Shown: one piece after another, positions 24,163 through 34,644 of the stretch
Numbering within the stretch: the stretch's first letter is position 1
Layout of the letters: each line of letters starts with the position of its first letter
Source: Phoronis australis
Lineage: Eukaryota > Animalia > Phoronida
Assembly: GCA_002633005.1 (NCBI GenBank)
Contig: NMRA01000037.1
Coordinates: 1,358,872 to 1,422,871, forward strand
DNA: 64,000 nucleotides
Direction of reading: 5' to 3'
Translations under genes and position numbers: made by a program
Notes under the pieces: generated by a model
The model's database searches: none
What the model was told of the DNA's origin: nothing
The model's input: only the letters and a program-made list of their open reading frames with translations

Positions 24163-27100
24163 GGCACAACTGGGCATATTCTGAGAAAATGCTTCTATGT
24201 ACCTACACGGGTTTGGAGATGTATGGTTATACGGACTGGGTGATTTAGATTTATTCGTATCAGAATTTCGTCAGAGACTAATTGATATTGACGTTTAAAA
24301 CTCTGTAATTAATAATTCGACTCAAAGTGGAACTACAATGCGAAAAATATCCACTGTTTAGTCCCCTGTCCGAGGAAAATATTGCGCGGTTAGGGGCTCA
24401 ATGTACATGCCTTATATTGCAAAAGGGCGGCACGCAGGTCAACCCGGAGTAAGAGAACTCGGGGCATGTGCAATGTTAAGTTGAAAACGAGCTTCAGCCT
24501 TCATTTTACTTGTCATTGTCCTGTCTTTGGTGATGTGCGCTGAAAATTGCTGACGAATATGACAGATGACGACAGAGTACATATTACCTAAATTATTTCA
24601 AAGCCATGATCTTTGTCAACTGAAAAAGCATGGCCCTCTTTATTTCAAGACCACCAGTGCATTGTAAAGTTGTAATGTAAACTGTATTATGAGGCCAAGG
24701 CTTGAATACAGTAAAAATGCAATAAAACAATTCTGATTTTTGTAGCCGTATAGAGGGTGAGGATACTCTTTATCTTCACTTAATTATAACCTGCGCAGCT
24801 TCTGATGTTTAGAAGTGGGTCAAACAATAACTAAAATTCCTTTAAAAAGATAATTCATACCACAATTTTTATCTTTTAGAAATTAGGTAGTGTCAGTTAT
24901 ACTGGAGATTGAAATTTAACATCAAATTTTCAAAATGTATGCCTTTGATTAAATTGCAATTTTGTTTGTAATTGGCAGTAACTTCAACAGCTAAGGCAAA
25001 ATTATTGACCTAGCAAGAAAATCGCCGTCTCACACCCGTTTCGTATCGGAGAATAATCTGTAATGGAGCTGTTTTTGACAGTTCAGGATGTTGGTTTAGT
25101 ATATATTATCTTAACCCATTTTGTAAAATACCTATTCAAAATTCAAAGCACCTAATGCTTAAAATTAAGTCCTATTTTATTGTATCAAAGTGTTTGGAAA
25201 AGTGTAAAAATAAAATTCGACCGTGACTATAAGTAATGCTTGTATATGGATTAATGCCTTGATTGGTTAGTACATTAGAACTTATATATATCGCTCTAGC
25301 TTTTGCAGCTGCTATGCGTGCGCCCATGATGTGTCACACTGAACAATCTGCGAAGCAATGCCTGTTGCTGGACGGTATTGGGTCTAATGAAGCTAGGAGA
25401 CTCTCTAAACTTTACAATAATCAGTCTCTTGTTAGATTATAATCTTCTAAAGGCACCAATATGTAGAAATTCTTTCAAACTCCGACAATAAGTTCCAAGT
25501 AGAAGCAATTGCTAAGGGCAAACTGTGCACTCAGCAAGTTCTTGAAAACGTGTTGATAACATCGTGAGCGTTAGATGCCTTATTATTTTGTTTGGTTGTT
25601 TTTGATTTTTTTAAATATAATTTTGATTATTTATTGTTCAAACTTTACCTGTTATTTGCATATGACGAATGGTAATTAATGTATAATCATAAATTTGTGA
25701 ATGAGTACGTCGCATCTCCCGCAGCCAACTCGGCTACTGCGGTCAGCCCTGACTAATCACGAGGACACGTCAAATTTTAGTAACTGTACCCGTTTAGGTA
25801 ATAAACTAGAGGAATATTCTTTCCAGATCAGCGAATGCCTTCTTTATCGCATAACCGTGAAGCTGATGCAAAGTACCAGCCTGGAGACAGTGAGCAATTG
25901 CCGTGTGACTACCCGAACGTGTGAGCGCATATCTGCGTATTACTTTATTGGCACCGAGCAAATCGGCAGTGGATTTACTGACCGTTAAAATGTGAAATAA
26001 GAAAAAACATCCACACACGGCGATGTTTCAACAAACAAAAACAAGTTTTATCTCAAAGCAGTGAGCTCCACAACTCAATTGCAATAACGCCAATAGCAAT
26101 AATGCTAAGCTATGCTTGATTTTGCTACCCGGACAAAGTAACCGGTGAAGTCATTACCTTGGAGTTGCCGTGTATTTGTGTATAATAATTGTATATAGAT
26201 TTCTCTGTACGTATTTAACCCAGATACAATACCTCTTGGCGCTATCTGGGTATTTATATTTATTGTATTGAATATTTCTTAATAAACAAAAAAATCTTCG
26301 CTGGCAAAATGATCACTTACTAAAGTGACTTTGGTTTTCAATTATTAGGGAAAATATATTTAAAAACGTGATAAAAACTGGCAATACATACCTTTGTCGC
26401 CTAAATTTAAAAATTCCGCCATTGAAAACGCAAACAGGGGTGTGTAGTAAATTGTAGTCAATGAGCTGAATGGAAAATATTGCAGTGTTAGGAGAAAGAC
26501 GCAGTATTTTTTAAATCTCTTTGTCTCACGAATTTCACCCATTGGAGGCCTGGGAAACTTGTATCTGGACTTGGCTGTTTGAGTGAAAGGCGATAAACCA
26601 CGATAGCTTTTTGTCTAATTCACGCAGGACTTCATCTCTGGTGGCCCCGACTTCCTGAATCCCCCTTTTACATGACTGTCCCCTACCGTATTGCCTGGTA
26701 TATAAGTCCATGACTTTCAGCCAGTACTGTACAGGCTTAGGAACATAAGACCACGGCCGTATAGACCGGGTCATTTGTCATCAGGCGTGAGCAAAGAATT
26801 AATCCAGATATAAGATATTTGCTGTATTCTTTACTGAATATCTTTATGGAATGCATTTTGACGCAAGCACTTTTTAATAATCAACATTTTAGTAATCACT
26901 TATTTGCAAAAGTCGAGAAAATGCTAAATTATCCACCCACCTACACAACCTAGAACCACCAACCACTGAGAAACCTGTTGTATTTTATTGACAAAGCCGA
27001 CTACGACCAAGTCTTCTTTAAAAGCCGCAACAGTAGTTTTTTTATATAATCAATAGACGTCGGTAATTTAAGCTGACCGCCATTCTCAGGGCTCACGGGA

Positions 27101-27890
27101 AGACGTGTTGAACACCTTCGCCCACTAAACAAGTGGGGTGAGGTACCTTATATGAGCGTTTAACAGGTATGCACGTTTTATTATGGTGGCAACGATATTG
27201 ATATTTATAAATGACCTCACGGAGCATCTTGTTGTAACTGAAAAAAGCTCCATGACCTTAATACGGACTCTTTTGCCTACGATTTCTCTCTCACCTCACA
27301 CTATCTTTCTCACTGTCTCTCCTGGTTTAAGAAGTAGGTCACCGCATTGAAAGATAATCCTACAGGTAGGCTTGCCTGACCGTCAGTATGGATCTGATCG
27401 GATTCAAGTTCGTGCTCATGAATTTATGTCGCAACCTATGGAGCTCGGGACTTGGGCATCAGTCTTTCAGTCACAGTGGAGGATTGTTTGAATACGTACT
27501 CCCGATCCAATTCGAGCTTCGGGGAAAGTCGACAGAAGCCTAATGAGAAACAGTTTATAAATTACGACCCCCATGTCTGAATTTTATAGGGCTTTTATAT
27601 GCAGGGCGGCGCACCAGAGGGGCTGCGGGGCTATAGCCCCTCCCCACTTTTGTCAGTGCTACGCCGCACATGATCCATAGGCGGTGCACCACAGGGGGCT
27701 AAAACCCACTTTTTTAGTGCTGCGCCGCCCATGTTTTTGCTTCCCGTCAGAGCCAGCACTCACCCGAGGGAAAAGGTGCGTGTGCCTTCTAAAAGCAGAA
27801 TTTTGGTGGCTAGATTTTAGCTAGTAGACCCTAGCTTTACTGAACGCACACTCAGCATTTGTGTTGACAAAAGTGGCTGCTATCTAGACC
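24163..27890 (+). repeat. Segmental duplication block A (upstream of TRIM copy 1), paralogous to 50304-53922
   Basis: Colinear high similarity from GGCACAACTGGGCATATTCTG (24163 / 50304) to ...GTGGCT (~27878 / ~53918). Confidence 0.95.
27057..27166 (+). other. Putative non-coding 5'-UTR exon of the TRIM genes (paralogs at 53104-53209 and 62421-62522)
   Basis: A T-rich tract ending TCAATAG precedes it and TTAACAG/GTATG follows it in all three paralogous copies, although the interiors have diverged. Confidence 0.5.
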
Positions 27891-27892
27891 TT

Positions 27893-30138
27893 TCTTAATA
27901 TTACCTCATGAATATTAAGAGGAAATCCAAAGCGAGGCTTATACTGATAAACTACTTCATGCAGCCTTCTCTGTGCTGGCTGATCGACGGTGACCTTACA
28001 CTTGTTCCAAACATACACATTACATTTAGCTTTGTGGAATCTATTGTAAAAAGTCTTCATAGTCATCTGGCAAGAATTATCTGTCCAAAGGGTACAAGTA
28101 CTCCAGTGAAAGTTACATAACTTCAGTAAGAAGTGAACACTTTTACAGGCTGCATAAACATTCTTCAGTTGTTGTTGAGCTGTCAGCTGGTCAGGCATAG
28201 TAACTCTACATAGTCTATATGATTGGATTTTTTGTTTCCCAAGAAAAGTTCAAAGATAGCAATGAGTGGTAAGACTACTGGCTTAATTATGGTTAAAACA
28301 TTTAGTGGTATCAGTTTTATTTGTAAAGTCATTAGATTATTTCGTCTATCGTTGATTCAGTTGTTTGGGACATGGATTGAACATGGTGTTTCACTTACTT
28401 ACTCGTGTTTTCAACCAATCCACAGTGATCTATTGTTGTTCTTTATATCTGGATAGTAAGACATCAATAATATTTAACACCTGAAGCACAAGGTGGGTCA
28501 TTTTTTCTTCAATTTCTATCTCTTGCTTGATTGACCTGGAAACAGACTTGGACATATTTGATAGTGATGTTGTCACTGGCCCTGACCAAATTTATTCTAG
28601 TTGAAAACTAACATGGCCATCAAGAGGCGTAGTCAATGTTATGAGCCAAATGCACATTATAATATGCTGATAAAAATAAATGACAGAGTAATATTACACT
28701 GGATAAGTCTTGTAATTTGTTGCAAAACCATAAGTATGGTATCATTCATTCACAACAGTGGAGGGATCCCCTGAAGTTTGCTGAAAACATGCAAGTGTTC
28801 ACAAATCACAATTGATTTACTGAGCCAGTATTGTTCAAGGAAATTGAAGTGTAACACAAGTGATTAATTGTCCTTAATATGCCCAATGACTATCCTCATG
28901 TATTCTCAAACTGGATATTTGTTAACTTTTCCTTGTTTCCTCTGAAATGGAGTGATTTTCAGTTTTGAACCCTTATCACTGAGTATCTTATTAATTAAGA
29001 ATATTTTATCAGCCATCACACTGCCCTTGTTCTAGTAAGTCAGTTTAGTATAGCTACATCTGGTATTGAGCCTGTCTACAGTGACGATCCAAATGTCATT
29101 GAGCCACGCCAAGCTATGTCCAACTAGGGTTTTAAAGACTGTGAAGAACATTTTGAGTTAGTCACCATTCACCAGTGAGTTTGGCTGTAGATTTGCCCAG
29201 GTCAGTATTTTCCTACTTTCTGTTGCTTCTGAGCAACTGAAACGTTCTGACAAATTTTGCTCCAGCAATCCTTATATAAAACTACAGAAAAGCGAAAATA
29301 CCATCAAGGGGACTATAATTAATACACCCAGGTCTGCCAACTCTGCTAATATACCACGGTATAACTTCCAATACAGCAAGTGGTTACATACTATCCATAC
29401 ATAGACATTCGTGTACTAAAAAGAATATCTAATAGGTTAACATGAAATTGAACTTTTCAGATTCAAACCAGTTTTTTAGTGTGTAAAAATTATGAAAGTC
29501 AGGGTTTACACCAGTGTTTGCATCATTGCACGACTGCTTGTTTTACTGTGAAATGGATCATTCATGAACTTGAGAGGGTATGTGTGTGACCTGCAGTTTT
29601 CTGTAATATATACAAATCTGTATGACTGTCTTCAGTCCACCCTGACAACTCAAGCAGTCTCTGTGAATTAAGTCTCGGTTTTTGCGACTGAGTTAGTAGA
29701 ACATTCAAAGTTCGTCATTTTCTTAAAATCCCAGAAATTATTTATTTCAAATAAAGTTTTACTTTGGAGAAGTTCAAAGTGCTACTAGGAAATGATGTGC
29801 TTGAAAGTTACTAGCTATTCAAGCATCACGGCCACTGGTGATACGTACACTAAAGTTGACTAGAGCTAATATCAGATTGTGACATAATTTACTTGCAAAG
29901 TTGGCCCATTGTATCTTCAAATCTTCACTAGGCACTGTCTTATTAACTCTTAGTCAGTAAAATATTGATGAAATGACATTACTTTGTTTCTTCTTCGGTT
30001 ATTTGTGCAGCAAGAGACACAGCAATGTGCAATATTGTTTATGTAGTGATTCACGGTAAACAGCTTCCTGTAGACTGGCCAGTACTAGCCTCCTTCTGGA
30101 ATTGGAATGTTAGTCATCCATAAATTTTGAGAACGGCC
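27893..30138 (-). mobile_element. Heavily decayed LINE fragment, present upstream of copy 1 and absent from the paralogous position (~53922)
   Basis: The paralog joins GTGGCT..TATCG directly to AACTCCCATCACAG. Minus-strand remnants resemble RT motifs: NYSP.MVFSLFC...CSEA...GKST, LDIAWRG and GIPPLL*MNDTILM. Confidence 0.5.
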
Positions 30139-30157
30139 TATCGCAACTCCCATCACA

Positions 30158-30199
30158 GTTGCGATCAATGAGATAGATATATAGCTCATTGGTTGCGAT
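30158..30199. mobile_element. P-element-like footprint (26-bp near-palindrome) with 8-bp TSD and an empty site in the paralog
   Basis: GTTGCGAT, then CAATGAGATAGATATATAGCTCATTG, then GTTGCGAT. The paralog at 53941 has a single GTTGCGAT. Confidence 0.75.
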
Positions 30200-30516
30200 G
30201 CCCCGCGGTTTGCATCACTCACAGACTCACGCGCTTATTAGACCGTAGTGCGAAACAATGCCAAAGGACTCTATTCACTACTTTCTAGCTCAGAGCAAAA
30301 TGAAAAAATACATAAAAACTTTTACAATAATGGTTCATGTAATCCTTCATACCACAATATTTTACAATAAAGTATAGTTCTGTATGAGGCGCAATTAGCA
30401 ATACTACAATATAATTCAGTGTATAATGAAGAATGATGGTATCTAAAACGAATATTTTTGTCAGAGAAAAGGGAGTAAGGAAAGCCTTCAGGTAATGTCT
30501 GTTTTTATTGTTTTAG

Positions 30517-30578
30517 AATCACAGATCCGAAACGGGGGTCGTTGCCAGGGAGGCCCGTTTACAAGGACTCCTTTTTAC
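30517..30578 (+). other. Putative 62-bp non-coding 5'-UTR exon (paralog at 54249-54310)
   Basis: TTTTTATTGTTTTAG acceptor and GTAAGT donor. The length is identical in both paralogs and conservation appears higher than in the flanks. Confidence 0.6.
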
Positions 30579-31156
30579 GTAAGTAAATGAATTTCACGTA
30601 CAATACTTAGTGTACTTTTGTCAAAACGTGAACGGAAATGCATGCGTGGAAAAGTGTTCTTCGGGAGCTAACCTGTACCGGCTACCTTCAAAGGTGGAGC
30701 GGTGAATTTGCTCAAGGAAACACCGCACTTGCGAACGCGAGATAAATTTTCTTACAAATGTCAATTGCCAACATTAGTCTCACAAAGGAGTTACAAGTTA
30801 AGTAAAATTCAACTTTAAAGCTCTGTCAAATGCATTGTTTATTACTAGATGACCTCTTGACCTCAGAATAGATTTGTTTAATGCATTCAGTGTCAATCTT
30901 ACATCTTTGAAATGATGAAGAAAAGTTTTTATCCCTGATGCGTTCTGAAAATATGAGACTGAGATTTGCGATTGATTACTAGGATTTGCATTTTAATTTT
31001 AGAAAATGGGTAATATCGGTGCGTCCTAAAGTACTGCTCTTAGCAATAGCTTTTACCTTTATAATCTCATAGTGGTTTCTAGCGTGTCTGGAAAGACACT
31101 AATTTTGCTTTTCATCTTTTTTGTGTAGTTTTGAAAAGAGGCATTGATGATTAATA

Positions 31157-31568
31157 AAGTTTAGCTTACCTTATGTGGGTCCGGAGTTCAATATTTGCAA
31201 TCGAACTCGAAGTTGTTAAGTTGACATTTTCCCTTCTACTTTTGTGCGAACTGAAAGATAAGTGTCTATTTTTCTTTGTCTGAGTACATTGTGGTTTATG
31301 CATATGGATTTTTAGTCTAATTTCGCACTTAATGACCCCGAGATTGGAATTAAGACTCGAGGATAAACTCAAGATTTCGAGTTCAGACTCATAAATTTAG
31401 ACTTAATGCCGGGTTATCAAGTACACTCTAAGATTACACAGTTATCCACAAAAGTCATTTTTTTACTCTGCAATGTAGACAATTATCTTCGTGTTCGCTC
31501 AAAAGTAGAATAGAAAATGCAAAAATAAATTTGAGTGCGATTTCAAATAAGATTAGACTCCTGGCACT
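31157..31568. mobile_element. Harbinger-like MITE in the TRIM upstream intron (relatives at 39191-39595, ~54901-55128, ~57776-58003)
   Basis: Shared internal TTTGTGC.AACT.AAGATAAGTG motif and its inverse. The copy at 39191-39595 has clear TIRs: GGCCCGGTCTCTAATCTT / AAGATTCGAGACTGGGCCC. Confidence 0.55.
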
Positions 31569-32694
31569 AATCAGTCGGGCACGTTTCGAGGTAACCCACA
31601 CTCCAGAATGCAAACACGGAAGTCGTGCATGCTTTTAAGTTGAAAAGAAAAAGTATTGAAGAACTTTTGAAGGATCCGAAAAACACGACCCCCTGTTAAC
31701 GTTGAACTGACCAAGTGTGTTCTTCTCAAGATCTTCTCGTAACAGAAAAAATATTGTCTTTTTTCATTCTGAATATTTCAATCCTTTGGTCGTCTCTATA
31801 TGTTCCTAAATGACATGCAACAATTCTCCCATCAGTCTTGCGATCGTTTCGTTTCCCACACATTTCGATCTGATGACGATCCAAGCATAAACCCAATGCA
31901 TGAGTAATGAGGATAACTCATTTTTTGTACTAAATCGAGTCTACTCATTATGGTAGCGTTTTTGAAAATGAGCGTGGAGCGCAGAGATTTTGCTTTTATG
32001 AAGTCGTGCGAACCCGTAGTAAGTGTAATATAATAATATAAAAAACAAAGGTTTGGAGGCACTAAGAATTATTATTTCTTAATGTTTTATATAATTCATA
32101 AATGGTCATATGGTGAAGAAGGTCCTGAGTGTAATGGTACAGGAATTGAAATTTCTCATGAAATTGCAAATTAAACAATGGAGTCAGAATGAGTGATATA
32201 AATAAATTTGCTGAACTCGATTATGGCCAGTAAAATGAGGTCGCATTTACTAAACTCTTATATTTACCCACATCAATCACAGAACAAAAGTTGACTGCGC
32301 GAAAAAATCCAGTCAAACAATAGCGGCCAATGGTGTGTAACTGCCTACATGTAGCTGTACTCATGGGTCTCTCATAAGCCTTGTGCCAGAAGACTTTAAG
32401 CGCATGTAAGAGGCAAAGTCACCGACTTTACTAAGAAGATCCTCGTTTGCGGTTGGATTTGAGTATTCATAGCTGCCTAGTGGCCACTGGTACTAATTCT
32501 GAGTCTTGGTGTCTGCGGTCATTATGGAAATAACCATGTGCGCGTTTGCTACAGGAGAAGAGCGCGGCCGACGAATTTGTACAGATTGACTACTGTGGGG
32601 CCCACTAGTGGTTTTATCTATCAAGGTCGTTGTCGTGCCTTCATGAAAGTTGGTGTTTCTATTGAGCAAAAAACAACTCAAGTGAGATTTATAT

Positions 32695-34165
32695 ACACAA
32701 AACGTACCGAGAGTGGCGTGGCGTACATGAAGTTATATCCCACGTATCAACCGAGACCGAAGGTCAAGGTCGATACGCGGAATAATGTCGAGTGGGATAT
32801 TATTTCATGTTCGCCAATCGAGTTACGTTTTGTATTTATCCCATACGCTGACGGCAGACGGAGGTGTCACACGCAGTCTGTTAAGCAGTTCACAACACGA
32901 GTTACTGGTGTCAGCTTATCGCTTGAATTCATCGTTTAACACCAAAAAATCACCACACTTCGATGTAAAACCCTTAAAAATACACCGAGTTCTTATAAAG
33001 ACGTGTTGTTTCATTTCGCTGTTACGGATTTAATAGTATTTGGACACACAAAGTTGGCAGGCCAATTTACCAACGTGGCGTGGCAGGAGTTTGGGATCTG
33101 TTCGGAGATAAATTCGAAGTATTCTTCCGTGAAATACAGACAGGAGAACTTAGATCTGTGTTGTTCAGACTTGTGATTTTTTGAGTTCTAAACACACAAA
33201 ACGCTTGTTATCCCGGCCAGTGGCTCAGAACCCGACCAGGGTCCGTCGCGGCCGCCGGGACTGGCACGAACATAAACCAGCTTCAGTTGGAAACTAAACG
33301 TCCACTCACGAAAAGACTATAATAGTGAGCCAAAAAATAATGTGCACTTAATGATTTATGTGAATTAGTCACGAAACTGAAAATCTTCTTATACTTGTCG
33401 GGGGCCTCGAAGTCGGGTTCCCCTTCCACAGACCGTCAGAGCAAAGGTTGAACAGTAACAATAATTTGAATAATGTACTTGTATTTCTAAATAAGATTCC
33501 CCTAACATGTGACCATAGCATATAAAATCGTGCAATTGTTTCACAACAGCTTTCTGTCAGCAAACGCTGAATTAGATTGCGCTCACACGGCCTCGGTGCC
33601 CGGTCAATTACGTTTATTGCCAGTATCAAAAGCCGGTAACGCAGTGGTTTATTCATTGGTGGCTTCTCAACATTTGCACCCACGAATACTGCAAAGGCAT
33701 TACAAATTGTATCTAATGAGACAGACTTTGTTTCAATTTTATATAAGCATTGGTTAGGGTGAGAATAATTAATTTTGAAACAGAACGCAGAATAAACGTC
33801 TAAATGACAACTCGCCCGGCGCCAAGCCACAGACATGGAGATGTTTCACGGCCTTATATTTGCTATTAACAGCGTATCTTTCATTTTTTACTACCGCGAG
33901 CCACTTCCTAAGCATTTCGAGCTCTCGAGGAAGCCGAAAAACCGATATACCCGCTTTCATCGCAGCTTCATAGTTCGGACAAGCGAGAACGATGCACCGC
34001 AGCGGCATTCACTCTGAAGATGAACCACTGACGTCGCTGCGTCGTTTCTCACAGGTTAACTAGACACCTCTCGGCGAGGTGAGGTCGACCGTATAAGAGG
34101 CGATGTGGATAGACCGATTAAGACGGTAAAAAAGACTAATTAAATCGGGTGGCATTCCCCTTTAA
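32695..34165 (-). mobile_element. Kolobok-like DNA transposon fragment encoding a degenerate THAP domain (ORF 33769-34008)
   Basis: MPLRCIVLACPN...GISVFRLP...RKWLAVVK...HVCG matches the THAP C2CH signature, but the final His is missing in this frame. The minus-strand terminus reads TTAA-AGGGGAATGCCACCC at 34165. The segment is absent from the paralogous flank of copy 4 (~63200-63375). Confidence 0.65.
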
Positions 34166-34644
34166 ATGCATAAAACCTACAAAACAAGATGTCACTAACA
34201 CATTTCAAAATTAATACAGTGGATATCAATTAAATTGCATATGATCATAACTCAAAATAAGTTATACATTATGAAATAAATAATGTGATATGAGAAACAG
34301 ACGCCAAAAGGCCAGACACTAGCATCTATAAAATAAGAAAAAATCGAAGACAAAAGTAATATTTTGAGGCACACTACTGTTTATTTCAAGTACAAATTTT
34401 AATGGTAACTATAGTTAATACTTGTCAAAATTAGACGCGTGAAGTCAATAACTAATGGTACAATTACATAAAGGTAATAATCATGGAGAGGGTTTATTTC
34501 ACATTTCGAATCCTTCACGCACGATTTGATAAAACTCCCAGGAAGGTAAGTCTCGAAAATAAAATCACTTTTAGTTAAGATTCCACTTCTGGCGTTAAAT
34601 GAAAATTGTATTCCATAACAGAGACTTGTTCTGCAGGTGCTGCC

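Larger units (their letters stand above)
30140..31920 (+). repeat. Segmental duplication block B, paralogous to 53922-55500 (and partly to 57497-58380)
   Basis: Colinear similarity from AACTCCCATCACAGTTGCGAT to GTAATGAGGA.AACTC. Confidence 0.9.

Noticed and set aside
26218-26252. CCCAGATA...TATCTGGG mini inverted repeat (EnSpm-like end?)
   Set aside because: Only 8-9-bp arms, no clear TSD, and the paralog retains one arm.
34606-34644. 13-aa N-terminal extension of TRIM copy 1 in the ORF track
   Set aside because: It starts at a TTG upstream of a conserved splice acceptor. All paralogs share the GCCATGG start.
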